64,000 nt of DNA from an uncultured archaeon (GTDB taxonomy: Archaea > Asgardarchaeota > Heimdallarchaeia > Heimdallarchaeales > Heimdallarchaeaceae): NCBI GenBank assembly GCA_964549075.1, contig CAZJUB010000004.1:4314-68313 (forward strand), given 5' to 3'. This document shows, piece by piece, positions 47,312 through 56,307 of this stretch (within the stretch, counting starts at the first letter, position 1; the number at the start of each line of letters is the position of its first letter). The notes beneath the pieces were generated by a model that worked only from the letters and a program-made list of their open reading frames with translations, made no database searches and was not told the origin of the DNA. The position numbers were made by a program, and so were the translations under genes.

Positions 47312-48763
47312 TTGAAATACATGGATGACTTAATAGCTAAAGCTATAGATAAAGCTGAAAAGGGAGGCGCATCTTTTGCAGAAGTTAGAGTATTTGGTTA
47401 TAAATATGAAACTGTTTCAACAAGAGATGGACAAATTGAATCTTGTGGGAATTACAATGATAGAGGATATGGTATTAGAGTAATTAAAAATGGTGCCTGG
47501 GGATTCGCATCCACTTCTATCATTGATGAAAGCACAGTTGATGAAATTGCACAACTTGCACTTAAAGAAGCAGAAGCTACTAGTAAAGTTCAAAAGAGTA
47601 AGATTGAACTAACAGAAGAACCAATAATCAAAGATAAGTATAAAACTCCTTACAAAGTCAATCCTTTCGATATACCAATCGAAGATAAGATTGAGATTCT
47701 AAAATTATCTGACCAAATAATTATGGAGAAAGGAAATATAATTAAATCTAGAAGCAACGGGATGAGTTTTTACAACGTTTATTTAGATTATGGAAATTCA
47801 GAAGGAACTCGCATAACTCAAGAGGAACTTTTTACAGGAGCTGATGTCTCAGTTATTGCAATTGCAAATGATAACCAATCACGGAGTGAAGGATTATTTG
47901 AAATGAGAGGTTATGAATACATCGATAAATTCGATTTTGAAAAAACTTCTGATTATGTCGCTAAAGAAGCAGTATTACTGGCAACAGAAGCTAAGGCTCC
48001 AAAAGTACAAAAAACTAACTTCATTTTAGAACCATTTCAACTTGGACTAACTATTCATGAAAGCTGTGGACACCCAACTGAATTAGATAGAGTGTTAGGA
48101 TGGGAAGCAGATTTTGCTGGAACTAGCTTCTTAACTTTAGATAAACTTGGAACCAATTACAAATATGGTTCAGAGAAAGTTAATCTTATTTGTGATCCTA
48201 CAATGCCATATGTTTTAGGACATGAAAAGTATGATCATGAAGGAGTAGCTACTAAGAAATTTGATGTTGTTAGAGAAGGAATATTCAAAGGTTACCAATC
48301 TGATCGACAAACAGCTAAAATCGTTGGATTAGAACATAGTAACGGAAATGCGAGGATAGCACGATACAACAGAGTTCCTCTTGTTCGTATGAGTAATCTC
48401 TATCTTGAATCTGATCCTGAAGGACCAAAAGATTTAGATGAACTGATTTCTGAGACCAATGAAGGAATTTACGGTATTGGATGGAAATCTCATTCTATTG
48501 ATGATAAAAGAATCAATTTCCAATTTGCTGTACAGATAGCATATGAAATCAAAAATGGCGAACTTGGACAGCCTCTAAAAAATACTATCTATCAAGCTGC
48601 AACTCCAGAATTTTGGGGTGGATTAGATATGATGACACAAGAATGGTCAATAGAAGGTCTAGGTCCTTCTTGTGGAAAAGGAGCTCCACACATGCAAGCT
48701 ATGTGGGTATCTCATGGTGGCCCTTATTCCAGATTTAAGGATGTGAATATCTTTACAGGGTGA
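47312..48763 (+). CDS. tldD: Metalloprotease TldD
   Basis: 483 aa with the HESCGHPTELD (HExxxH) motif and the GxC motif typical of TldD. Confidence 0.85.
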   Translation: MKYMDDLIAKAIDKAEKGGASFAEVRVFGYKYETVSTRDGQIESCGNYNDRGYGIRVIKNGAWGFASTSIIDESTVDEIAQLALKEAEATSKVQKSKIELTEEPIIKDKYKTPYKVNPFDIPIEDKIEILKLSDQIIMEKGNIIKSRSNGMSFYNVYLDYGNSEGTRITQEELFTGADVSVIAIANDNQSRSEGLFEMRGYEYIDKFDFEKTSDYVAKEAVLLATEAKAPKVQKTNFILEPFQLGLTIHESCGHPTELDRVLGWEADFAGTSFLTLDKLGTNYKYGSEKVNLICDPTMPYVLGHEKYDHEGVATKKFDVVREGIFKGYQSDRQTAKIVGLEHSNGNARIARYNRVPLVRMSNLYLESDPEGPKDLDELISETNEGIYGIGWKSHSIDDKRINFQFAVQIAYEIKNGELGQPLKNTIYQAATPEFWGGLDMMTQEWSIEGLGPSCGKGAPHMQAMWVSHGGPYSRFKDVNIFTG

Positions 48764-50148
48764 TATCTATGAGTTTAGAACAACAAAAAGAACTATTGAG
48801 TGAATTAATTCAACTTGCACTTAAAAGAGTAAAGGAACTTGGTGCAGAAGGGTATGTTAATGCTAATATTTCTAAACAACATGCAACTAGATTTTCAAAT
48901 TCAGAAATATTACAGAATTATGTCGATCTTCAAAGAAGCTTCGAATTGACTGTTGTATATAAGAACAAACAAAAATCAACGTCCTACACAAATGATTTCT
49001 CAAACGATAGCATACTGAGCTTAGCAGATTATGTAACCAAAGTAGCTAAATTAGTACCACCCGATCCTATGTATCCAGGAATGTTAACAGAAGAACAGAA
49101 ATTTTCGAAACTTCAATTAAATGATCCAAAAGTTAGAAATATCCAACCAGATAATATTGCTGATAAAATCGAAGGAGCTATAATTGCAGGAGAAGGTATG
49201 GATCAAAAGGTTACTGGAGTTTCTGGGAACTTACTTATAGTTGATGGATATAATGTATTCTCGTCATCTGCTGATATAGAACTAGTTTTTCCAGAAACAG
49301 GGATAGTAGCAACTCTCAACACACAAGCAATACAAGGGGAAGAAGAAAGTAGATCAAATAGCGATTTTGGAGCTAGATATTTCGATAAACTTGATATGGA
49401 GAAAGAATCCAAAGAAGTAGCTGAAAGAGCAGTAAATGGACTAGGTTCAACATCTATAGAACCCGGAGAATACGAAGTTATATTTGATCATCAAGCTGCT
49501 TCAACAATTGCTAGAATGACAGGAATGGCTACATCTTCAATGCAACTTATAAGTAGAAGGAGTTTCTTGAATGATCGAATTGGACAACAAGTATTTGATG
49601 AAAATATATCTGTAATTCATGAACCTCATAATCAAGATTTGTTAAGTGCTAGACCAATAGATGATGAAGGAATGGCAACTCACGGATTTCCTGTTATTGA
49701 AAATGGCGTATTGAAAAATTACTCTTTTTCTAGATTAGATGCATCGAAATTAGGAGCTATACCGAAAGGATGTGGATTTAGTTTCTTTGGACGAACCATT
49801 GGATTCCCGTTTGCTATGGTCATGCAACCTGGCGATAAATCAAGAGAACAATTAATTTCAGAGATTGATGATGGTTTACTAATTACAAATTTCCATTATA
49901 CTAATTTCGTAAACCCACCAATTGGATCAATCACTGGTATGTCAAAAGATGGACTTTTCATAATCAAAAACGGAGAAATTATTGGTTCTGCAAAGAATAT
50001 GCGATTTACAGATGAAATACCTAGATTTTTGAAAGAGGTTGACGTTGGAAAAGAACTGCGACAACCTGTAGGTATGATGGGTATAGGAAGTATGGTTGCT
50101 CCTATAAGATCCAAAAGTTTCAGATTTACAAGTAAAACAGGACACTAA
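48760..50148 (+). CDS. pmbA: Metalloprotease TldE/PmbA
   Basis: 462 aa TldD/PmbA-family partner. It overlaps tldD by 4 bp. Confidence 0.8.
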   Translation: MISMSLEQQKELLSELIQLALKRVKELGAEGYVNANISKQHATRFSNSEILQNYVDLQRSFELTVVYKNKQKSTSYTNDFSNDSILSLADYVTKVAKLVPPDPMYPGMLTEEQKFSKLQLNDPKVRNIQPDNIADKIEGAIIAGEGMDQKVTGVSGNLLIVDGYNVFSSSADIELVFPETGIVATLNTQAIQGEEESRSNSDFGARYFDKLDMEKESKEVAERAVNGLGSTSIEPGEYEVIFDHQAASTIARMTGMATSSMQLISRRSFLNDRIGQQVFDENISVIHEPHNQDLLSARPIDDEGMATHGFPVIENGVLKNYSFSRLDASKLGAIPKGCGFSFFGRTIGFPFAMVMQPGDKSREQLISEIDDGLLITNFHYTNFVNPPIGSITGMSKDGLFIIKNGEIIGSAKNMRFTDEIPRFLKEVDVGKELRQPVGMMGIGSMVAPIRSKSFRFTSKTGH

Positions 50149-50345
50149 TTCTCTTCTTTTCTTTTTTTTATTTCGAACGTATATTTTTCTTCATCAAGCC
50201 ACGGACATTTTGCACAAGAATCACACGATTCATTGCAATTTCCTCTAGATATGAAAAATCTCACAAATCGCCTTTTTATCTTAGTCCAGAAAGATAGTTC
50301 ATCAGCTGGTTCTTCACATGAGTTCATTTTTCTAACCTCAAACAA
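50145..50345 (-). CDS. Small Cys-rich protein translationally coupled to feoB (FeoB-associated Cys-rich protein-like)
   Basis: 66 aa with seven Cys (CEEP...CNESCDSCAKCPWL). Its start overlaps the feoB stop by 8 bp. Confidence 0.35.
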   Translation of the reverse strand: MFEVRKMNSCEEPADELSFWTKIKRRFVRFFISRGNCNESCDSCAKCPWLDEEKYTFEIKKRKEEN

Positions 50346-52578
50346 ATTGTGCTAATACATGATAAACAATTACCGTTAGTATAATGGTTATTGCTAGTGG
50401 ATAAAATATACCTACTATTGTTAGTTTCCAGCTCTTAGTCTCAGATTTAATTGTTGCAATCGTAGCAAAACATGGAGCATAAGTTAATTGAAAAAGCAAG
50501 AAGGATATAACTTGTGATACTTTCCAAGTCGTAGCTGTTATTCCACCTGGATAAAGTATTGTCAAAGCTGAGATTATAGTTTCTTTTGCCGGTATTCCAA
50601 AGATTAACGGAACAGTCATTCTCCAATCAAAGCCAAACAAAGGCATTGTAACTACTTGTAATCCTCTGCCGATATATTCAGCTATTGATAATTTGGTCAC
50701 TAAAATTGGGCTCATTTGAACATAAAGGAGAACTTCACTTTCAGTAGGTTTGACAAAAGGTACATTACTGAGAAACCATATAAAGAGGGAAGCTATAAAA
50801 ATAAAAGTTCCAGCTTTCTTAAGGAAGATACCACCTCGTTCCCAAGTTAGATTCATGACATTCTTGAATCTTGGTCTTCTGTAATCTGGTAGTTCTAAGA
50901 TCAAGGGAATTGGATCTTCATGCTCATAAAAGATTCTAAAGAGAAAAGCTGTTAACAAAACTAGTAATAAGCTAACTCCATAAAGAAGTAACATGATTAT
51001 TGCTGCTAACCAAGGTTGAAAGAATATACTAGTTAGAAACGCTATAACACCTAATCTCGCAGCACAAGGAATAAAAGAGTTAGCAATAATCATCGTTGTT
51101 CTGTCTTTTTTATTTCTGATTGTTCTTGTTGCCATTATACCTGCAACATTACATCCAAATCCCATAATAAGACTTAGAAAAGCTGAACCTTGCATCCCGA
51201 ATTTACCCATCACTTTATCCATTAAATATGCGGACCTTGCTAAATAACCTGAATCTTCTAGAACTGCAATTAGTGTATAGAAAATCAAGATGATAGGTAC
51301 AAATAAAAGAACAGCAGTAATTCCTGCTATGATTCCATTAACTAATAGACTATTCAAGAATGGAGGACTATTGATACTAACAAGCGAATTCATTGTCCAA
51401 TCTGAGAATTGAGTAAAAATCCATTCTAAACCACGTATTATAGGAGATGTAGCATAAAATGTTATTAGGAAAAATACTGCAAATACTGCTATGAGAACAG
51501 GATACCCATAGATTTTGTGAATTAGAACTTTATCAATTTTATCACTTACTGTTACTTCAAATGCTTCTCCTCCTTCAGTAACTTCATTTACTATATTATG
51601 TAAAGCACCATATTTTCTTTTAGAAATTTCAACAGATGGATCAAATTGTTCTATCCTTGCCAAATTTTCTATTTTTTCTTCAAGATTAGATAAATCAAAT
51701 TCCTGAGATATTTCTTCCTTTACTAAAGAATCTCCTTCTAGTATTTTGAAAGCTAACCATCTAGTTGGATAACTCAACATGGTTTCTCTTGCTTCAATTT
51801 GTTTTGAAATATTATTAATCATAAATTCAATTTTTGGAGGATAGACTACATTCGCAGGATTAAAGTGGTATTTATCTGTATGTAAGGAATCATAGATAAA
51901 TTTCTTTATTCTCAGAATATCCAAAATATCATATGCACAAACATAAAGAATCGGAACTCCTAGTTTCTCTTGCAGAAGTTGAGTATCAATATCAAGACAT
52001 TCTTTTTCTGCGATATCTTTCATATTTATAATGATAGCAACGTTTGAGGTCAATTCCATCACTTGAAGTGCTACAAATAAGGTTCTTTCTAATCTTGTAG
52101 CATCTGCAATTACACATACTAAATCAGGTTTTTCTTGAACAATATATTGACGAGTAACCAATTCTTCTTCAGATCTAGCAGCAAGAGAGTAAGCACCTGG
52201 TAAGTCGATTAATGAGAAATATTCGTCAGAAAGAATAAAATGACCTTCCTTTCTCTCTACTGTTTTTCCAGGCCAATTACCAATATGCTGGTGCGAACCT
52301 GTAAGAAGATTGAACAACGAGGATTTACCAACGTTAGGATTACCAAGAAAAGCTATCTTATGTTCAATCGAATGATCGTTATAAATATGTCTTCGCATAT
52401 GAGTACGAAAATGCATTCTAAATTCTTTTCTAAATCCAGTAAATTGTTTATTCCACTGAGTGCGAAAATGATGACTTATTCTTTGTTTAAATTTGTTAAA
52501 TTGTTTACGTCTAAAACCTTTTTTTCTCTTTCTTGAAGGTCTTCCTCTTCTATGGTGATGACCACGTTTGTTAGGCAT
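50338..52578 (-). CDS. feoB: Ferrous iron transporter FeoB, with a His/Arg-rich N-terminal extension if the first ATG is used
   Basis: G domain GNPNVGKSSLFNLLTG followed by a polytopic membrane domain. The ~70 aa upstream of the G1 motif read MPNKRGHHHRRGRPSRKRKKGFRRK...HFRTHMRRH. An alternative start Met lies ~19 aa before G1. Confidence 0.9.
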   Translation of the reverse strand: MPNKRGHHHRRGRPSRKRKKGFRRKQFNKFKQRISHHFRTQWNKQFTGFRKEFRMHFRTHMRRHIYNDHSIEHKIAFLGNPNVGKSSLFNLLTGSHQHIGNWPGKTVERKEGHFILSDEYFSLIDLPGAYSLAARSEEELVTRQYIVQEKPDLVCVIADATRLERTLFVALQVMELTSNVAIIINMKDIAEKECLDIDTQLLQEKLGVPILYVCAYDILDILRIKKFIYDSLHTDKYHFNPANVVYPPKIEFMINNISKQIEARETMLSYPTRWLAFKILEGDSLVKEEISQEFDLSNLEEKIENLARIEQFDPSVEISKRKYGALHNIVNEVTEGGEAFEVTVSDKIDKVLIHKIYGYPVLIAVFAVFFLITFYATSPIIRGLEWIFTQFSDWTMNSLVSINSPPFLNSLLVNGIIAGITAVLLFVPIILIFYTLIAVLEDSGYLARSAYLMDKVMGKFGMQGSAFLSLIMGFGCNVAGIMATRTIRNKKDRTTMIIANSFIPCAARLGVIAFLTSIFFQPWLAAIIMLLLYGVSLLLVLLTAFLFRIFYEHEDPIPLILELPDYRRPRFKNVMNLTWERGGIFLKKAGTFIFIASLFIWFLSNVPFVKPTESEVLLYVQMSPILVTKLSIAEYIGRGLQVVTMPLFGFDWRMTVPLIFGIPAKETIISALTILYPGGITATTWKVSQVISFLLFQLTYAPCFATIATIKSETKSWKLTIVGIFYPLAITIILTVIVYHVLAQFV

Positions 52579-52589
52579 AAAAACAAATC

Positions 52590-52814
52590 CTAATTCACTT
52601 CAATTTTCGCTGCTAATCCCCGCCCTAAAGCTACACGTGTTCCTTTTACTTCTATTATCACTGGACCTGAATCATTCTTAATTACTTTAATTTTTTCCCC
52701 ATCATGTATCCCCATATCAGCTAGAAACCTGTGAGCTTTACTACCTGCATAGATATGAATGATGGTAAGAACTCCATTCTCATGCATATCAATCAAGTAT
52801 TTCTTATCAGACAT
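52590..52814 (-). CDS. feoA: FeoA
   Basis: 74-aa SH3-like FeoA. It is 11 bp upstream of feoB. Confidence 0.8.
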   Translation of the reverse strand: MSDKKYLIDMHENGVLTIIHIYAGSKAHRFLADMGIHDGEKIKVIKNDSGPVIIEVKGTRVALGRGLAAKIEVN

Positions 52815-52841
52815 TAATACCCACTTCTAGCCAGCCAGAGA

Positions 52842-52863
52842 AAATTTGGACGCATCCAAATTT
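52842..52863. promoter_or_regulatory. Candidate metalloregulator operator in the feoAB promoter
   Basis: AAATTTGGA-cgca-TCCAAATTT is a perfect 9-bp inverted repeat at 52842-52863, 28-49 bp upstream of the feoA ATG. It sits immediately downstream of a TATA-like ATATAAA (52861-52867, minus strand). Confidence 0.4.
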
Positions 52864-53585
52864 ATATGTTGATTGTATTGAGTTCGAGTATCTTATAAGA
52901 TTATCGTTAGAACCTCTGAAATTTTGGAAAATAAGCAGCTTATCCAAATTATCTGAACAGTTCTAAATTTAGACACAAAAAATGCAACTTGTTTTTAAAA
53001 CCGAATCAATTTTCCGCAGTATTCGATTGTTTAAGCATCTGATCTTTTTTCAAAAGATTTTCTACTTCTAATCGAAAGAAAGATAATACTTAGAAGAGCA
53101 AAAAGAAGAAAAAATTGATTAATACCACCTAAAACTACACTTGCAACACTCCAAATAGCTTGAACTGACCACCCTTCCATACTTATCCATCCAATAAGAT
53201 GTATTATCGAAAGAATTCCACCTGTACACAGAACAACAATAAAAATAACTTACTGATCTTTAAAAATTAGAGTTACTTTAGGACTATCAAAGAAATCGTT
53301 AAAGGTATAACTGGATTTAGAACTTCGCTCTAGTTTTCTTAAAACTTTCTTTCGTAAATTTTTGGGTTTATGTTTTTGTTTGTTAGAAGGCTAGCGTCTG
53401 TGCGAAGATTCATATCTTTAAGAATTAAATAGAGCTATTAAATTTATTGCCTTATTTGCAAAAGACAAGAATTTATTGCCTTACACATGTAAATTCCTAC
53501 CTTCTTGTAAACCCTCTTATTAAATGGGGTTCTTATTAAGAAGGGAGTAGGGATGTTTCCAATGGAGAAAATTACAACTATACAG

Positions 53586-54491
53586 TTAATTTTCTTTCTG
53601 ACATATAGGGCAGAAATAAATTGAACCACCAAGATATGCTTTTTTTTCTATCAACGTATCACAATTTGGACATGGAGTTCCAGCTGTTTTACTATAGAGC
53701 TTACTTTGATAACCACCATTATTATCAAACAGATCTTTCTCTGTACTTCTTCCTCCCTTAATAGCCATTTCATTGAGTTCCTTTCGAGTAGTATCATAGA
53801 GAAGTTTCCTTTCTTCTTTACTTAACGATTTCATTTCTCTAGCAGGATGGATCTTAGCTAAAAAGAAGATATCTTGAATGACTCCATTTCCTATCCCTCG
53901 TAAACCTGGTTTAGTTATGAAGAAATACTTTGCACCACATTTTCTTTTTTCTGGAAGAGTATCAATTAACTCATTAAATTTCTCAAAAGCAAATTCCTCA
54001 GAAAGAGGATCTAGTTTATCATAGCCAACATGAGGATGTTGATTTATATACTTGGATTCGAATAATCTTACTTCCCCCCATCCTGAAATTGTAACTGTAA
54101 AATAAGTACCATCTTCAAATTCGATGAATAGTTGATGTTTTTTTGGTAAGTTCTTATCATTCTCGTGATAGATAATTTTTTGTCCTCCACAGCCTAATGT
54201 GAGAATATAATCATCATCCATCTGGATAAAGATTATGTTCCCATTTCCCCAGCTTCTCTGGATTATTTTACCTTTTAATTTGTTAGTAAAAACCTCTCCT
54301 TTGTTTTCTTCACCTAATTGGACAGAAGAAGATCCTTGATACTGATGCTCAGGCAGATTATGTTTATCCATTGGAAACAGAAATTTATGTGGTGTGAAAC
54401 CTCTTATAGCATTTTTTATTTTCTTACCCACAAGTACGTCATTAATCTGTTTTGCTAAAGCTAGTGCTTCTGGAAGTTCAATCATGTGCAA
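53586..54491 (-). CDS. Fpg/Nei-family DNA glycosylase (H2TH + zinc finger) with a non-canonical N-terminus
   Basis: N-terminus MHMIELPEALALA, compared with Fpg MPELPEVE. H2TH IGNGVIQDIFFLAKIHPAREMKSLSKEE. C-terminal zinc finger CPNCDTLI...FCPICQ. Confidence 0.7.
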   Translation of the reverse strand: MHMIELPEALALAKQINDVLVGKKIKNAIRGFTPHKFLFPMDKHNLPEHQYQGSSSVQLGEENKGEVFTNKLKGKIIQRSWGNGNIIFIQMDDDYILTLGCGGQKIIYHENDKNLPKKHQLFIEFEDGTYFTVTISGWGEVRLFESKYINQHPHVGYDKLDPLSEEFAFEKFNELIDTLPEKRKCGAKYFFITKPGLRGIGNGVIQDIFFLAKIHPAREMKSLSKEERKLLYDTTRKELNEMAIKGGRSTEKDLFDNNGGYQSKLYSKTAGTPCPNCDTLIEKKAYLGGSIYFCPICQKEN

Positions 54492-54533
54492 ATATTCATG
54501 ATATTAATATAAAAACCTAACTTGTGGTATTGC

Positions 54534-55577
54534 TTATTCAAGTTCAAAAATTGGTGCTGATATAGTAATTCTAGTTCCAACGATTGTTCCTAATCTTTTT
54601 ACAGACTCGATTTGCAGTTGCATTTCATATCTTTCTAACATACTTTGTGTCACCGCTACATCAAGTTTTTTTCTATCCAAAGCTGCTATTTCAAGAATCT
54701 CAGTTTTTGCATCTGAAGAGAGTATAATTCCTTCAAACTGCAATTTTATATTTACTTTGTCTCTTCGAGGTTTGGTTACATAAATTTCTACATGTACTTT
54801 TTCATCAGTATACTCTAACATTCTTACTATTAAGTTGACAAAAATCCTGTAAAGGTATTCATCTCCCAAAATGATTATGTCCTCCATATGAGTAACTTCT
54901 GCTAAGATTTGATTTGCAAAGAAATTCTTAAGATACCCGATACTATAATTGATTACATCTTTGACCTTTTGTTTCGATAAAGGTCTTTCTTCTTGAAGTA
55001 ACAAATTAATGTTAGCATTTTGAATAAGATAAATAGACCTAACCATTAATTCCCTCATTTTTTCTAATAGTTGTTCAGCTGTCTCTCCTTTCCATTGTTT
55101 ATCATTCTTGAGTCTTTTGAAAAAATCAAGATAACCAATTTCTGCATGAAGATTATTTAATATGTCGTGTTGGAAAAGTTCGAAGAAAAATCTTCTTTGA
55201 GTAGCTACATCAATTAGATCTTGAATATCTCTGCACAAAAGAACAGAATAACTGAAAGATTCTGTTTTTATCAAAGTAGCAGACACATGAAAAGGAATTT
55301 CAGTATTATTCTTTGTAATAAATGTAAATTGACCATTTTTAGATCCTTGTTCTAGTGTTTCTTCAAGGAAGGTTTTAAATCTCTTAGATTCTTTCACAAA
55401 TTTTCTTAATTCTTGTTTTTGAATATTAATTAAAGTCATACCTAAGTATCTAAGAGCTTGAATATTGGAATCCAGAATAACACCATCATTATCTACAACA
55501 AAGATCATATCCATGCTTTCTTGGAATATGATATCAAATGTTTCTTGAAATAGTATCGCTTCATCTTCCGGATTCAT
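54534..55577 (-). CDS. PAS-domain sensor protein with a histidine-kinase-like C-terminal region. ATP-binding motifs not evident.
   Basis: PAS domain (IFVVDNDGVILDSNIQALRYLGM). H-box-like HDILNNLHAEIGYL. No clear N/G1/G2 boxes in the C-terminal ~120 aa. Confidence 0.45.
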   Translation of the reverse strand: MNPEDEAILFQETFDIIFQESMDMIFVVDNDGVILDSNIQALRYLGMTLINIQKQELRKFVKESKRFKTFLEETLEQGSKNGQFTFITKNNTEIPFHVSATLIKTESFSYSVLLCRDIQDLIDVATQRRFFFELFQHDILNNLHAEIGYLDFFKRLKNDKQWKGETAEQLLEKMRELMVRSIYLIQNANINLLLQEERPLSKQKVKDVINYSIGYLKNFFANQILAEVTHMEDIIILGDEYLYRIFVNLIVRMLEYTDEKVHVEIYVTKPRRDKVNIKLQFEGIILSSDAKTEILEIAALDRKKLDVAVTQSMLERYEMQLQIESVKRLGTIVGTRITISAPIFELE

Positions 55578-55658
55578 GAAACAAAACTTCCAACAATATT
55601 TTTAGTTCAGATGCGAATAAATATGTTGTGATTTTTCAAATATAAAAAAGTTGGTACG

Positions 55659-56258
55659 TTAGTACCAAACATCCTTTATTTTCAACCAGTAAGCAGCTAT
55701 ATTTACAACGAAATGTAGCAGAGGTGTGACAATTATCAAAACTATAAAGTAGAACCAGACATGAACTGCCCCCCATGTAAAAGGCAAAGCTAGAAGCACT
55801 CCAGTGACCATCCAAGATCCTTGATCATATAAAGGTAAAGCTCCACCAGATTTAATATTCATTCTACGTTTAATAAAAGAACCTGCTAAATCTGCAGCAT
55901 GGTCCCCTATACTCATAAAGAAACCTACATACCAGGGATAAACAGGATAACCTGTTGGTGTTTCTACATTCCAAGATTCATAGATTACATTGATTTGGAA
56001 CATATGATATTTAAAGTAACATAAATACCAAACTAAAACGCCTGTAACTGTTCCTGCAATAATTCCAGCAATTATCCCTCTCCAAGTTTTATGATCTCCA
56101 AAAACTCTCCTTCCATCTTTCCAATCTTTACCAAAATCAACTGGTGTTCCTAAAAGTGGAATGAATTTGCTAAGATTTGCAAATGCATTACACATTAGAA
56201 CTGGTAAGCCAAAAAGTAGAGCGTAATAAACTAGGAGAAAAAACTGTTGAGCATCCAT
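55659..56258 (-). CDS. carS: CDP-archaeol synthase (CarS)-like membrane protein
   Basis: 199 aa polytopic. PVDFGKDWKDGRRVFGDHKTWRGIIAG matches my recollection of the CarS/DUF46 motif (xxDGRRxLGDGKTWxG). Confidence 0.6.
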   Translation of the reverse strand: MDAQQFFLLVYYALLFGLPVLMCNAFANLSKFIPLLGTPVDFGKDWKDGRRVFGDHKTWRGIIAGIIAGTVTGVLVWYLCYFKYHMFQINVIYESWNVETPTGYPVYPWYVGFFMSIGDHAADLAGSFIKRRMNIKSGGALPLYDQGSWMVTGVLLALPFTWGAVHVWFYFIVLIIVTPLLHFVVNIAAYWLKIKDVWY

Positions 56259-56307
56259 GGAATTTGCAATAACTAAGGAAATTTAAGTATTTTGCATCGT
56301 ATATTTA

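Noticed and set aside
50338-52578. Treating the His/Arg-rich FeoB N-terminus as a separate gene or as non-coding
   Set aside because: No stop separates it from the G domain, and the feoA-feoB spacing (11 bp) favours the long form. The start site remains uncertain and is flagged rather than resolved.
52815-52870. Looked for a Fur box or DtxR/IdeR box upstream of feoAB
   Set aside because: No match to GATAATGATAATCATTATC-like or TTAGGTTAGGCTAACCTAA-like consensus by eye. Only the unrelated AAATTTGGA inverted repeat is present, reported as a candidate operator of unknown regulator.
53034-53180. 48-aa hydrophobic minus-strand micro-ORF in the feoAB upstream region
   Set aside because: It is below any sensible length threshold and sits in AT-rich intergenic DNA. 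There is no RBS or TATA evidence. It is kept only as a note inside the feo promoter finding.
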